DNA from: Halomicronema hongdechloris C2206
GTDB taxonomy: Bacteria; Cyanobacteriota; Cyanobacteriia; Phormidesmidales; Phormidesmidaceae
Reading direction: 5' to 3'
DNA: 32,000 nt
NCBI RefSeq assembly: GCF_002075285.3
Contig: NZ_CP021983.2
Span: forward strand, 2,490,001-2,522,000
Under the pieces are notes generated by a model. It did not search any database and had not been told where the DNA came from. It saw only the letters and a list, made by a program, of their open reading frames with translations. This document shows, piece after piece, positions 1 to 10,137 of the stretch. Every line of letters begins with the position of its first letter. Positions within the stretch are counted from its first letter, which is position 1. The translations under genes were made by a program, and so were the position numbers.

Positions 1-194
1 GATAAGCGATTGATCATTGAGATGGCCATGGGGGGCGATAACATCGCCAAAAACTCCGAGTCTAGAAACGGAGCATGGTAGTGCAGGGGCACGCCAGTCG
101 GCGGACGGTGTCCGCTTGTTAGCCCTTTGATCAGCACTTTATTTTCACGCGAATCCCTGATTAAGTTTGGCGTCTCGGCTCTAGGCTGACAATA

Positions 195-984
195 ATGGCA
201 GTAGACGTCAGCAATTCTGGAGGGATGGCTCAACTACAGGCCTTGATATTTGACGTAGACGGCACCTTGGCGGAAACGGAGCGGGATGGCCATCGGGTGG
301 CCTTTAACCAGGCCTTTGCCGAGGCGGGGCTGAATTGGCAGTGGTCGGTGGGCCTCTACGGCAGCCTATTGCAGGTAGCGGGGGGCAAGGAGCGGATTCG
401 CTATTTTATCCGGCGCTATTTGCCTCAGTTTCAGCCCCAGGAGGAGTTAGAGGCCCTGGTCGCTCGCTTGCATCGGGCCAAGAATAAGCATTTCAAGGCG
501 ATTTTGCAGAGCGGTGCGATTCCGCTGCGGCCAGGGGTGCAGCGGTTGATTGCTGAAGCTCGTGCCCAGGGGTGCGCCTTGCGATCGCAACCACCAGTGC
601 CCTAGAGAACGCCATGGCCTTGCTAGAGGCTACCCTAGGCCCCGAGTCCCCCGCCTGGTTTGAGGTGATCGCCGCCGGGGACATGGTATCGGCCAAGAAA
701 CCGGCCCCCGATATTTACCAACTAGTGCTAGATAAGCTGGCCCTGCCCCCCCCAGCCTGCCTGGCCATTGAAGACAGTCAGCAAGGGCTAATGGCAGCCA
801 CCGCCGCCGGGCTCACCACCCTGGTCACACCGTCAACGACTACACCCGCAACCAGCCCTTGCCGGCGGCTCGGCTGGTGGTGAATCACCTGGGGGATCCG
901 ACTCATCCCTTCCAGGTCCTGTCTGGCCAGGGGTATCACACCTACTATGTCAGCCTAGAATTGGCCCAGTCCCTATTGCTTTAG
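195..984 (+). pseudogene. cbbY: HAD-superfamily phosphatase, CbbY-like, split over three reading frames
   Basis: The N-terminus ALIFDVDGTLAETERDGHRVAFNQAFAEAGL carries HAD motif I (DxDGT) and the typical CbbY continuation. The reading frame switches at ~575 (G-run, ...AQG|VRLAIATTSALENA in the 572-883 ORF) and again at ~825 (...LVT|VNDYTRNQP...VNHLGDP...SLELAQSLLL, stop TAG 982-984). Each switch is consistent with one missing base. Confidence 0.7.
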
Positions 985-994
985 TCAGAATCCC

Positions 995-1645
995 ATGCCT
1001 CTCTCCGCTAGTCTCTGGCAGGCCAACCAAGACCTAAGCCAAGCCTGCTTGCACCATCCCTTCGTCCAGGGTATTGGTGATGGCAGCCTGCCCCTGCCCC
1101 AGTTTGCCTATTATGTGGGCCAGGATGCCTTTTTCTTAGAGGCCTTTGCCCGGGCCTACAGCATTGCCGCCGCCAAGGCCCCAGATTGGCCGGGCTTTCA
1201 GACCTGCCACCATCTGGCGGCAGGGGTATTGCAGGAATTGAATCTGCACCAAGGCTATGCCGCCGAGTGGGGCATCGATACCCACCGGGTCAGCCCCGGG
1301 ACCGCCACCCGCCAATATACTGACTTTCTCCTGGCCACGGCCTGGGGGCAGCCGGTGGGGGTAACGGCGGTGGCCATGGCCCCCTGTATGCGGCTCTATG
1401 CCTTTCTGGGCCAGACCCTGGCCGCCGAGGGCATGCCGGAGCACCGCTACAGCGACTGGATTCGCACTTACAGCAGCGATGAGTTTGAGCCCCTGGCCCA
1501 ACAGCTGGAGCACCTGATCGACGCCTACAGCCAGGACACGCCGCTGGTCCGCTCTAGCTACCGCTATGCCATGGTCTGTGAACAGGCTTTCTTCCAGGCG
1601 GCCTGGGAGACGCCGCCAGAGGCTACTGGGTCAACGCCCGAATAA
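995..1645 (+). CDS. tenA: TenA / thiaminase II family protein (heme-oxygenase-like fold)
   Basis: 216-aa ORF. It contains LWQANQDLSQACLHHPFVQGIGDGSLPLPQFAYYVGQDAFFLEAFARAY and later YTDFLLATA, which is the pattern typical of TenA/PqqC-like proteins. Confidence 0.7.
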   Translation: MPLSASLWQANQDLSQACLHHPFVQGIGDGSLPLPQFAYYVGQDAFFLEAFARAYSIAAAKAPDWPGFQTCHHLAAGVLQELNLHQGYAAEWGIDTHRVSPGTATRQYTDFLLATAWGQPVGVTAVAMAPCMRLYAFLGQTLAAEGMPEHRYSDWIRTYSSDEFEPLAQQLEHLIDAYSQDTPLVRSSYRYAMVCEQAFFQAAWETPPEATGSTPE

Positions 1646-2354
1646 AGCTAGAGAGTTCCGACAGCAGGCGGCGGCGGGGGCGGGCCCGAGTGGTTTCTGA
1701 GCCCTCGCCTGCAGCGGCGTCATCGGCCCCACTGAGTAGGCGATCTAGGGCTTCGCCGCTGGGTTTCTGGGGCCGCTCCGCCAGCAACTCGTACTGGTTT
1801 GCGGCCGTCTCCTGCCATACTTGCCAGGGTTCCGGATAGCAGCGCAGCAGCACCACGTCCTGTTGCGATCGCAAATAGTAGCTAGACTCCAGGGTATTCA
1901 AGAAGCGCTGCCGCAGCTGCCGCCCAGCATAGCCGATGCCGATGGTAGCCACATCTTCTAGCTTCGGGTTCAGCAGCACCACAAAGCTACCCGCGGCCTC
2001 ATTACACAGGGCCTCGACCGTTCCCACCTCCACCGAGGAAGGTTCCACCACCAGAATCACCGCTTCTTCACTGGTGCCTTGCCCCTTGACCTCCCCCAGG
2101 CCACGAATAGTGAAGTCAGGATTGTCCCAATCGCGCTTGGCCAGGGCCGCTGCTCCGGCATCGGGAAAGAGCACCTTGAAGGATAACCCCATCTGCCGAA
2201 ACACCGGGTAAAACTGCTGGGCCACAGGCATGATCTTCAATTCGGGGATGACGATCTCCACCAGAATGCGCGGCACCCCATTACTAATGGCCGCGGCGGT
2301 GGCCTCGCGGGCCTGTGCGATCGCATCCTCTAAACTGCGGGGAACTCCAGCCAT
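1623..2354 (-). CDS. DUF1995 family protein
   Basis: 243-aa ORF. The N-terminus SLEDAIAQAREATAAAISNGVPRILVEIVIPELK matches the cyanobacterial/plastid DUF1995 signature. The start lies 3 nt after the stop of the upstream cysteine desulfurase, suggesting an operon. Confidence 0.65.
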   Translation of the reverse strand: MAGVPRSLEDAIAQAREATAAAISNGVPRILVEIVIPELKIMPVAQQFYPVFRQMGLSFKVLFPDAGAAALAKRDWDNPDFTIRGLGEVKGQGTSEEAVILVVEPSSVEVGTVEALCNEAAGSFVVLLNPKLEDVATIGIGYAGRQLRQRFLNTLESSYYLRSQQDVVLLRCYPEPWQVWQETAANQYELLAERPQKPSGEALDRLLSGADDAAAGEGSETTRARPRRRLLSELSSFIRALTQ

Positions 2355-2357
2355 GGC

Positions 2358-3524
2358 TTACACCTGAGACACTACCAAAGGCGCCAGCGAACGAGTCAGC
2401 ACCTGTTGCAGCACCATGGCCGCCCAGTCCACATCGGCCTCGGTCGTGTGCCGCCCCAGGGTGAGGCGAATGCCGCACTTAGCTTCCCGGTCGCTGTAGC
2501 CCATTGCCTTGAGAATCGGGCTGGGACTCAGCTTACCACTGTGGCAAGCCGAACCAGCACTGATGCCAATGCCGGCCAGATTCATCTGCCGCACCAGGGT
2601 CTTACCACTGACTTGCTGGCCATCGGCCGCCGTCACACAAAAACTGACATGGTGGGGTAAGCGATTGCGGCGATCCCCGGTGGGCGCCAACCCCGGCACC
2701 CTGGCCAGGTGATCAAAGAGGCGATCCCGCAGATGAATCAACCGCAGCGTCTCCGCCGCCATCTCCTGGGCCGCCAACGCCGCCGCCACCCCAAACCCGG
2801 CCAGACTGGGTAGGGCCTGGGTGCCCGAACGCAGCCGAAACTCCTGGCCACCGCCGCCCAGCAATGGCATCAGCTCTACCCCAGGGCGCACATACAGAGC
2901 ACCGGCCCCTTGGGGACCATAGATCTTATGGCTAGATAGAGACAACAAATCCACCGGCAGCCGTTGCACATCGATGGGCAACCGCCCCGCCACTTGCACC
3001 GCATCCGTATGGAAGAGGGCCCCGTGCTGCCGTACCCACTGGCCCAGGGCCTCGATCGGCTGCAGGGTGCCCACCTCGCTCTGGCCGTAGATCACCGACA
3101 CCAGCACCGTATTGTCTCGTAGCGCCTGTTGCCCCTGCTCCGGATCTACCCGCCCGTCGCGATCGACAGGCAGCCAGGTCACCTGCCAACCCCGCTGCAG
3201 CAACAACCGTACCGGTTCCGCCACCGCCGAGTGCTCCACACTGGAGACCACTATGTGCTGAGGCCGAGTATAGCGATGGGCCACCCCCATGATGGCCAGG
3301 TTATCGGCCTCGGTGCCGCCAGAGGTGAAGACAATGGCGTCCATGGGCGCATTTAACAGCTGGGCCACCTGCAGCCGCGCCTGTTCTAAAATCGTAGCGG
3401 CCCGATTGCCCCACTGGTGCAGGCTAGAGGGATTGCCCCACTGACTCGTCAGCACTGATTGCATGGTGGCAATGGCCTCTGGTCGCGGCGGGGTAGTGGC
3501 ACTATGGTCCAGATAAATTTGCAT
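2358..3524 (-). CDS. Cysteine desulfurase (NifS/IscS-like, class V aminotransferase)
   Basis: 388-aa ORF. It has IYLDHSATTP at the N-terminus, the PLP-lysine motif SLSSHKIYGPQGAGALYVR, and the C-terminal active-site loop SAGSACHSG. Confidence 0.85.
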   Translation of the reverse strand: MQIYLDHSATTPPRPEAIATMQSVLTSQWGNPSSLHQWGNRAATILEQARLQVAQLLNAPMDAIVFTSGGTEADNLAIMGVAHRYTRPQHIVVSSVEHSAVAEPVRLLLQRGWQVTWLPVDRDGRVDPEQGQQALRDNTVLVSVIYGQSEVGTLQPIEALGQWVRQHGALFHTDAVQVAGRLPIDVQRLPVDLLSLSSHKIYGPQGAGALYVRPGVELMPLLGGGGQEFRLRSGTQALPSLAGFGVAAALAAQEMAAETLRLIHLRDRLFDHLARVPGLAPTGDRRNRLPHHVSFCVTAADGQQVSGKTLVRQMNLAGIGISAGSACHSGKLSPSPILKAMGYSDREAKCGIRLTLGRHTTEADVDWAAMVLQQVLTRSLAPLVVSQV

Positions 3525-3590
3525 GGCAGTTCTCGTTAGCCAGCCCGTTAGGCCGCCCGATTCGTTGTCTCCGCTACACTGTTCATCCTA

Positions 3591-3630
3591 TCAGCGTCTC
3601 CTGAAGCTTATCAGCGTCTCCTGAAGCTTA
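3591..3630. repeat. Perfect 20-bp tandem duplication (tcagcgtctcctgaagctta x2) in an intergenic region
   Basis: Read directly: 3591-3610 is identical to 3611-3630. Confidence 0.95.
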
Positions 3631-3914
3631 CCTGAGAGCCCTATATCGTTGAACATCTACTGGTACTTGTTCGCATATTGACTATATTGTTGGATTAGTT
3701 TGGCCACCAATCGAGCCGTTGGGGTGCATATGCCATGTTTGCGACGGATAACACCCCTAATTTTGGGATTAGATGGCACTTTTGACAGATAATATCCCGA
3801 AAGCAGGCATTAGTCAGCAAATCTGACCTCTAATTCTTGAAAAGATAGGATTATCCGTACAGATCTGACATTAGAATTAATAGTCATGGCTACAAACAGG
3901 CAAAGAGAACCAAT

Positions 3915-4667
3915 ATGGAAGATTACCAACTCTTGATAGACCTCCATAAGGGTGCTGACCGGCAGGGACCAGGCGGTGATGCAGAGACAAGGATGGCCAT
4001 CGATCTGTCTATGGTGGACAGGGCTGCACCGCTGCAAATTGCCGATATAGGCTGCGGAACGGGATCTTCCACGCTCTTGCTTGCTCAACAATTGAATGCT
4101 CAAATTACGGCAGTGGACTTCCTTCAGGATTTTCTTGAAGTGCTGGAGAGTAAAGCTGATAGAGCAGGGCTTTCTGGAAAAATATCTACCCTTTCGGGTT
4201 CGATGGATAGCTTACCCTTTAGCGAGGGGGAGTTTGACGTCATCTGGTCTGAGGGCGCAATATACAATATCGGCTTTGAAAAAGGTGTAACGGACTGGAG
4301 ACGTTATCTGAAAGTTGGCGGAATATTGGTTGTTTCGGATATCACTTGGATTACAGCCTCCCGTCCGTCGGAACTCCAGACATATTGGCAGGGCGAATAT
4401 CCCGAAATAGATGTGGCCTCTGCAAAGATTGGCCTGTTGGAGAAGAAGGGCTATGCTCCGATTGGCTATTTTGTTTTACCGGAGTATTGTTGGCTAGATA
4501 ATTATTATCGGCCTATGCAGAATAGCTTTAAGAGTTTTCTTAACCGGAATGGCAACAGTGAAGAAGCACAAGCAATCGTTGAAGCGGGAAATCGAGAAAT
4601 TGAACTGTATGAGAAATATAAAACTCACTACAGCTACGGTGTATATATTGCAAAAAAGCTAGATTAG
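3915..4667 (+). CDS. Class I SAM-dependent methyltransferase (AT-rich islet)
   Basis: 250-aa ORF with SAM-binding motif I IADIGCGTGSSTLLLAQ and the post-I acidic residue in VDF. It is clearly more AT-rich than the flanking genes. Confidence 0.75.
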   Translation: MEDYQLLIDLHKGADRQGPGGDAETRMAIDLSMVDRAAPLQIADIGCGTGSSTLLLAQQLNAQITAVDFLQDFLEVLESKADRAGLSGKISTLSGSMDSLPFSEGEFDVIWSEGAIYNIGFEKGVTDWRRYLKVGGILVVSDITWITASRPSELQTYWQGEYPEIDVASAKIGLLEKKGYAPIGYFVLPEYCWLDNYYRPMQNSFKSFLNRNGNSEEAQAIVEAGNREIELYEKYKTHYSYGVYIAKKLD

Positions 4668-4697
4668 CGAACGCCATGACGTTAAGAATGAATTGCT

Positions 4698-4904
4698 GTG
4701 TTGATGTCACGTTCTCTGAGCATGGTTCACGGCTTCCATGGCGAGTCGCCCCATGGCATTGCGATCGAACTCCAAGACCCAGACGACACCATCCGAGGAT
4801 TCATTGATGTACTAGTTGTGCAAGAACGTCTCTGGATTTTGACGGTTGAGTCTAAACGAACCAGTATTTCTATCCCTGCGGCTTTGCCACAACTCCTGGC
4901 CTAG
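4698..4904 (+). pseudogene. Possible truncated fragment of a restriction-endonuclease-like (HSDR_N-type) protein
   Basis: The segment FIDVLVVQERLWILTVESKRTSISIPAALPQLLA resembles the core strand-E/K motif and the following Q..AY helix of cyanobacterial HSDR_N-like proteins, but the ORF stops immediately afterwards. This rests on weak, pattern-only evidence. Confidence 0.25.
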
Positions 4905-5024
4905 TAACCTCTGCCCACTCGGGAAGTACCCGCAGGGGTAATAGTAAAACCCGGAAAGCTTGGATAGCGTTGAGGCGTTGGGAACCAATCGCCGCACCTA
5001 TCCATTATCAAGGGGAAGCCAGCC

Positions 5025-6290
5025 ATGCCCTACAAGCTTATCAAAGGTCAGTTCCACATCTTCTATCCAGACATCCCTCGACAAGGCCCAGAACCAGACG
5101 GCGATACCCTCAAATTTCAGCCGGATAATCCGGGATTGGTAGAACAGCTACACCACGAAAATCCAGGTACGGCTGCCCCAGACTTTAATAGCCGGGGTAT
5201 GATCAATCTGCGGTTTGAAGGGATTGATGCCCTGGAGACCCACTTTCGAGGTACCCACCAAAACTTGAAGTGGGCGCTCGCGGCTCGCGATGCCGTTCTC
5301 CAGGCTGCTGGGTTTGGCGCAGTGAAATTTTGGGATGATTTGCCCTACAAAGTCCAATCCGTCGACCACCATCCCCGTCCTGGATATATTTTGGCAAATA
5401 CCCTGGATGGCCATGGTCGTATCATTGCCTTTGCCTATGCGGGCACGACATCACTAATGGATGGAGCCGAAAATTGGCTGGATATCCCGACATTAGAAAC
5501 CAGCATTAATGCCAAGCTAATTGTCTCTGGTCTAGTCTATCCAGCGTTCTATACGACGCTGCCAATAGAGTTGCAGGAAACCCTGGCCGACTCTACCCGA
5601 CAGGCAAGGGGGCAGCAGCTCGGCCTATGGCCGACGGCAACTGCTACTCCGACTATGTCAGCAACCATCACGGATCTGGCCATGTTAGAAGAACTGGTGA
5701 TTTGGCCGAAACTATTTCGTCGGCTGGCCAGCTACTTCTCTGCCGGCAACACCACATTGGCTAACTTTGATGACTGGTTGAGGGCAGATGTGAAAGACCG
5801 AGATGATCGGGTGCTGTTGCCCAACCGAGAGCTAGGAAACATGCATGACCTAATTGCCATCGACGGCAATCGGCTCACCATGGTTTACTCACCCGAAGAC
5901 ATCATTATTCTGCCGGATGAGTCATCAGGCGGTGTCTCCCCGGTTACTCATCCAGCACCTCGGAAAGCTGGAGTAGTGCGCATCATTGCGGCTCTGGTTA
6001 ATCCTATTGGGCCAGAGAAGGGCAACGAAACTGTCACGTTGATTAATACATCTGCTGCCGCGATCTCGTTAGGCGGCTGGGCCATTAAAGACCGGCAGGC
6101 TAGAACCGGAGAGCAGTTGACCGGCAGTCTGGCGCCAGGGGCAGTGCGGCAGGTGCGGCTCTCTTCTCAGATTCGCTTGGGTAATTCAGGGGATACGATT
6201 ACCCTAGTTGATGAAACCGATCAGATCATTGATCAGGTTTCCTACGACCAGAAAGCGGGGAAACAGCAAGGCATAACGCTAATTTTCTAA
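5025..6290 (+). CDS. Staphylococcal-nuclease-like (thermonuclease) protein with C-terminal lamin-tail domain (LTD)
   Basis: SNase-like motifs are PDGDTLKF and INLRFEGIDALETH. The C-terminal ~105 aa (from ~5973) read VRIIAALVNPIGPEKGNETVTLINTS...LGNSGDTITLVDETDQIIDQVSY, which is typical of an LTD. Confidence 0.7.
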   Translation: MPYKLIKGQFHIFYPDIPRQGPEPDGDTLKFQPDNPGLVEQLHHENPGTAAPDFNSRGMINLRFEGIDALETHFRGTHQNLKWALAARDAVLQAAGFGAVKFWDDLPYKVQSVDHHPRPGYILANTLDGHGRIIAFAYAGTTSLMDGAENWLDIPTLETSINAKLIVSGLVYPAFYTTLPIELQETLADSTRQARGQQLGLWPTATATPTMSATITDLAMLEELVIWPKLFRRLASYFSAGNTTLANFDDWLRADVKDRDDRVLLPNRELGNMHDLIAIDGNRLTMVYSPEDIIILPDESSGGVSPVTHPAPRKAGVVRIIAALVNPIGPEKGNETVTLINTSAAAISLGGWAIKDRQARTGEQLTGSLAPGAVRQVRLSSQIRLGNSGDTITLVDETDQIIDQVSYDQKAGKQQGITLIF

Positions 6291-6303
6291 GCATTACAGA
6301 GGA

Positions 6304-7218
6304 ATGATTATGCCTCTACATCGGTCACTCCCTAGGTGTAAGTTGACACTACTATGGGCTGTTTTTGCCTGTGCTCTAGTCTCGGGGATCAATCCTGCAT
6401 CGGTTTATGGACAAGTGCCCTCTACTGAAGAACAGCAGTGGCAGGCAGACCAATTGTTGGAGGAAGGATGGCAAGCCCTTCGGGAGCTTGAGGGAGATCC
6501 GTTGCCATCCTTGCAGGACGCTCTGGCCATTTATCAAGACATCGGCGATCGCGCTGGAGAAAGCCGAACGCTAAATACTTTAGGTTACCTGTATGATTTG
6601 AGGGGCCAGCCTCGACAGGCGTTTGAGCATTATCAGCGAGCCTTGACCATTGCATCTGAAATTGAAAACCGAACCGAACAGAGCAGAGCCCTACAAGGTT
6701 TGGGGGACATCTGTCAGACTTGGGGCGGAAATGTAGGCTTATTTTGTGCTGTTAATTCAGAGAGAGAACGACAAGCACTTGAGTTCTATCAGCAAGCTTT
6801 AGCCATTGCAAGAGAAGCCGGTGATTTGACTCAACAGGCCAATGCCCTTGGGAAATTAGGGTATATCTACGAAAAGCTAGAGCAATATGAACACGCGGTT
6901 GAATCCTATGAGCAGCAACTTGCGATTTATCGACAAATAGAAGTTCATCCCTGGAATTTAAGTTTTCTCCTACGCACGCTAGGACATCTTTATTCGGGTT
7001 TAGGGCGAGATGCAGAAGCGATTGACATCTACGCTGAGTTTGTTCAGATTATGGAAAGATTCCGAGCAAACCTGCAAGAGTTGCCTGCCGCTGAACAGCA
7101 AGAATTCACTCAAGAGTTTGTTACATCGACTTATCAGGCATATGCTAATCTCTTGCGTCAGCAAGGGCGAAAGCAAGCAGCCCAGCAAATATTAGAGCTG
7201 CTGAAAGTTCCACAGTAG
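6304..7218 (+). CDS. Secreted tetratricopeptide-repeat protein
   Basis: The N-terminal signal-like segment is CKLTLLWAVFACALVSGINPASVYG. TPR-type units recur (LNTLGYLYDLRGQPRQAFEHYQRAL, LGKLGYIYEKLEQYEHAVESYEQQL). Confidence 0.7.
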   Translation: MIMPLHRSLPRCKLTLLWAVFACALVSGINPASVYGQVPSTEEQQWQADQLLEEGWQALRELEGDPLPSLQDALAIYQDIGDRAGESRTLNTLGYLYDLRGQPRQAFEHYQRALTIASEIENRTEQSRALQGLGDICQTWGGNVGLFCAVNSERERQALEFYQQALAIAREAGDLTQQANALGKLGYIYEKLEQYEHAVESYEQQLAIYRQIEVHPWNLSFLLRTLGHLYSGLGRDAEAIDIYAEFVQIMERFRANLQELPAAEQQEFTQEFVTSTYQAYANLLRQQGRKQAAQQILELLKVPQ

Positions 7219-7405
7219 GCTACCTTGGGGTAAGGCCACAAAGGGTAGTAGAATTTCTCGCTCTCTGCGTAGTCTAGTAGGTGTACGAGACGAGACGCTC
7301 CCATGCAGTGGCAACGGCAAGCCTTCACCATCTGCCCAATCCTTCGCTTGCCAGGTTCAGCACACCGAAACCAGGGCCACATCACTAGAATTTCAGCGAG
7401 GAGAT

Positions 7406-7696
7406 GTGGTGATGTTCAGTCAATTCAAGATGAAACCGGATAAATCGCAGTCTGAGCTAGCAACGGTCATTAGCCAGATGATGCCCGGAGTGCTGCAGAT
7501 GATTCCGGGTTTGCAGTGGGCGGCGATGTGCCCGAGCACTGACGCATCCACGATCGCTTCACTTGCTCGCTGGAATAGCCGCGACGATTTCGAGTCCCTT
7601 GGTCAGAAGCCCGGTTTTGATCAGGAAACTAGTTACTGGCAGGATTACGCGAACAACGAACACGGTTTGTATGATGTTGTCCAGGTCATTCGTTAA
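7406..7696 (+). CDS. Small hypothetical protein (possibly ABM/Dabb-like fold)
   Basis: The ORF lies directly upstream of the MFS gene, and GAGGAG at 7398-7403 favours the ATG at 7412 as the start. I recognise no strong motif. Confidence 0.35.
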   Translation: MVMFSQFKMKPDKSQSELATVISQMMPGVLQMIPGLQWAAMCPSTDASTIASLARWNSRDDFESLGQKPGFDQETSYWQDYANNEHGLYDVVQVIR

Positions 7697-7705
7697 AACT
7701 CAATC

Positions 7706-8929
7706 ATGACCAGGACAGCCCCCTCCTCTCAACCCAGTCCCGATTCTTTTGTCATCAAGGCAACGCTATTGCTGGCAAGCACTCTAACAGTGATGTCAGG
7801 AGCAACCATCGCCCCCTCGCTGCCTGCAATGCAGGAACATTTTTCAGCAGTCGCCAACTCCGAGTTTTGGGTGCGACTGGTGCTCACCATTCCGGCCCTG
7901 TTCATCGTGATTGGCTCTCCCATTGCCGGACAAATAGTGGACAAGATTGGCCGCAAGCCTCTGCTCTTGGGCGCTGCTGTTCTTTACGGTCTGGCCGGCG
8001 GATCGGGGTTTGTGCTGGACTCGATTGTTGCGATTTTGGCGGGGCGGGCGCTGCTCGGGCTGGCGGTAGCGGGCGTCATGGTGAGTGCCACGACCCTTAT
8101 CGCTGATTATTACAGAGGAGATGCCCGCGCCAATTTCATGGGATTGCAGGCCGCTTTCATGGGGTTTGGCGGTGTCCTGTTTTTATCAGTCGGTGGTTTC
8201 ATCGCCGATTTGAACTGGCGCTTGCCGTTTTTGATTTATCTTTTCTCCTGGCTGTTGCTGCCGACAATTTTGCTAGTGCTATACGAACCGTCTCGTCCAG
8301 TGACTGATGCCAGCGTTGCAGTAGGCATTCCTCAACAACCGTTGCCAATCAAGCTGTTAATACTCATCTATGGTTCCGTATTGCTTCAGCAGATTGCCTT
8401 TTATCTGATTCCGGTGCAACTCCCGTTTCATCTGCGGCAGGTGGCTGGCGTGGGCGCTTCACAGACTGGAATCGCGATCGCCTGTGCCACACTCTTCAGC
8501 GCGCTGACGTCTATGCGCTACGGCAAGGTCAAGCGGCAATTGAGTTTTATTAGTATTTTGGCGATCGCCTTTGGGCTGATGGGTCTCGGCTATATCGGCC
8601 TGGGACTGGTGAGCAACTACTGGCTGGTGCTGTTGATTTTGGTGCCTGCTGGCATGGGCTTGGGGTTGATGATGCCTAACCTGAATGTCTGGGTCTCAAA
8701 CGAAGTCTCAGATACGATGCGGGGACGAGCGCTGGGTGGATTAACAACGTTTATGTTTCTGGGGCAGTTTCTCTCACCCATTGCTTCTCAGCCCTTTCGG
8801 CAAAATCTCGGTATGACTACTACCTACGGATTAACAGGGGTACTGCTGTTGACCTTAGGGATACTCATTGGGATCTTTCGGAAGCAAATTTGCTATCTCG
8901 TAAAGAGTACCGTGGGTACCGAAAGATGA
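7706..8929 (+). CDS. MFS transporter
   Basis: 407-aa ORF with about 12 hydrophobic segments and the MFS loop 2-3 motif GQIVDKIGRKPLLL. Confidence 0.85.
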   Translation: MTRTAPSSQPSPDSFVIKATLLLASTLTVMSGATIAPSLPAMQEHFSAVANSEFWVRLVLTIPALFIVIGSPIAGQIVDKIGRKPLLLGAAVLYGLAGGSGFVLDSIVAILAGRALLGLAVAGVMVSATTLIADYYRGDARANFMGLQAAFMGFGGVLFLSVGGFIADLNWRLPFLIYLFSWLLLPTILLVLYEPSRPVTDASVAVGIPQQPLPIKLLILIYGSVLLQQIAFYLIPVQLPFHLRQVAGVGASQTGIAIACATLFSALTSMRYGKVKRQLSFISILAIAFGLMGLGYIGLGLVSNYWLVLLILVPAGMGLGLMMPNLNVWVSNEVSDTMRGRALGGLTTFMFLGQFLSPIASQPFRQNLGMTTTYGLTGVLLLTLGILIGIFRKQICYLVKSTVGTER

Positions 8930-9097
8930 GCATTATCTTGGGTTAGCAGCCCAACCTATCCAAAGTTTGGCATCCCGCTTTAGCCATCTCCCAAAATCTC
9001 GCAGATTAGTAGCTGAGTAGCTGAGCTTGAAGCGTTAGTCCCCAAAGAGAAAGCATGGGGAGGCAAGCGGACTCAATGGGTGGAGAGATTGGAACAG

Positions 9098-9126
9098 GGC
9101 AGTGATGCTATGAGAGCATGCCTGCC
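9098..9126. terminator. Hairpin between the convergent MFS and methyltransferase genes (candidate terminator)
   Basis: GGCAGTGATGCT (9098-9109), a 5-nt loop, then AGCATGCCTGCC (9115-9126). This gives a 12-bp stem with one G-U pair, followed by ttgatgtt on the + strand. Confidence 0.4.
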
Positions 9127-9139
9127 TTGATGTTCCTGC

Positions 9140-10108
9140 TTAGCAACACCCTCCACCCCCGTAGTGCCAGGTCGACTCGGTGATGAGCACATCGCCAGGG
9201 AATTGCCGGGCCAACGCCTGGGCCGTTTTATCGCACACTGCTAAGGGGAGTCCCTGTTGCAGCAGGTGGCCGGCGTCATCATCGAGAAATGGTTCTGGGC
9301 CAGCGTAAATGGCTGTTTTGCCGGTGAAGATACAGGCCCCGTCCTCGGGAATCGGGACTTTGAATGAAACCGTGTCTAGACTTTCGAGCACCAGGGGCTG
9401 ATCGAGAGCATAGGTCTGGGCATCTAGCAGACGATAGGGACGCCGGGCGCGGACTTCGATCTGGCCGAAGCCAATGCCAACCAAGGAGTGAATATACTCG
9501 CGATAGGTCAGGGCGCCAGAGAGACAGAGCGCCCGCAATCGTTCATCCTGCTGCAGATGGGGCGGAATCGGACGGGTAGCGATTGGATCGCTCATGATTA
9601 ATCGCCCGCCGGGTTTTAACACTCGATACGCCTCCGATAGGGCGCGATGTAAATCATCGGGTTCGAAAATATTGAATAGGCAATTTTGGGCCACCACATC
9701 GACGGCGGCATCCGGCACCGGCAGGGCCAAGGCATCCCCTGCCAGCACAGAGATGAAATCAGGGCTAAACCAGGGGTTCCCAGCCGCGGCCAACTGTAAA
9801 TTGCGGACAGCTGCCCGGCGCATCTCCGGCACCGGATCCACGGCAATCACCCCGCCGGGATGACGACAAAAATAGGCAAACTGCAGGGCCTCTAGGCCAC
9901 CGCCCACGCCAATATAAAGCACTGTGGGAGACCCGGCCAACTCGGTGGGATGAACCGTGGAACCGCAGCCATAGTTCATCTGCTGCATGATCTCCGGAAT
10001 GGTCAATTCTGGCCATTGCAGCGGTGGACTGCTGAGACAACACAGGCCCACCTGCGGGGTGTCTGCCGCAGCAGCATACACTTGAGCAGTTGTCTCTAAA
10101 TAACTCAT
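9140..10108 (-). CDS. ArsM-like SAM-dependent methyltransferase
   Basis: SAM motif VLYIGVGGGLE, then VIAVDPVPEM, DVVAQNCLFNIF and AYRVLKPGGRLIMSD. Cysteine motifs at ArsM-like positions are GLCCLS, NYGCGSTVHP and ALCLSGAL. The protein ends in GGGGCC. Confidence 0.6.
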   Translation of the reverse strand: MSYLETTAQVYAAAADTPQVGLCCLSSPPLQWPELTIPEIMQQMNYGCGSTVHPTELAGSPTVLYIGVGGGLEALQFAYFCRHPGGVIAVDPVPEMRRAAVRNLQLAAAGNPWFSPDFISVLAGDALALPVPDAAVDVVAQNCLFNIFEPDDLHRALSEAYRVLKPGGRLIMSDPIATRPIPPHLQQDERLRALCLSGALTYREYIHSLVGIGFGQIEVRARRPYRLLDAQTYALDQPLVLESLDTVSFKVPIPEDGACIFTGKTAIYAGPEPFLDDDAGHLLQQGLPLAVCDKTAQALARQFPGDVLITESTWHYGGGGCC

Positions 10109-10137
10109 CGATAGGGAAAACTCGCGACAATGGAGGG

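Noticed and set aside
1136-1513. Many antisense or nested ORFs of 60-180 aa inside GC-rich genes (e.g. 1136-1513, 1936-2211, 2932-3189, 9765-10226, 12468-12653, 17757-18065, 18894-19244, 22178-22714).
   Set aside because: They lie wholly within longer ORFs that have clear family motifs. Their Arg/Pro/Gly/Ala-rich composition is typical of out-of-frame translation of high-GC DNA.
1623-1645. The 23-bp convergent overlap of the tenA and DUF1995 3' ends as a regulatory antisense arrangement.
   Set aside because: Short 3' overlaps of convergent genes are common in compact, GC-rich genomes. Neither C-terminal tail is conserved-looking, and nothing further supports a function.
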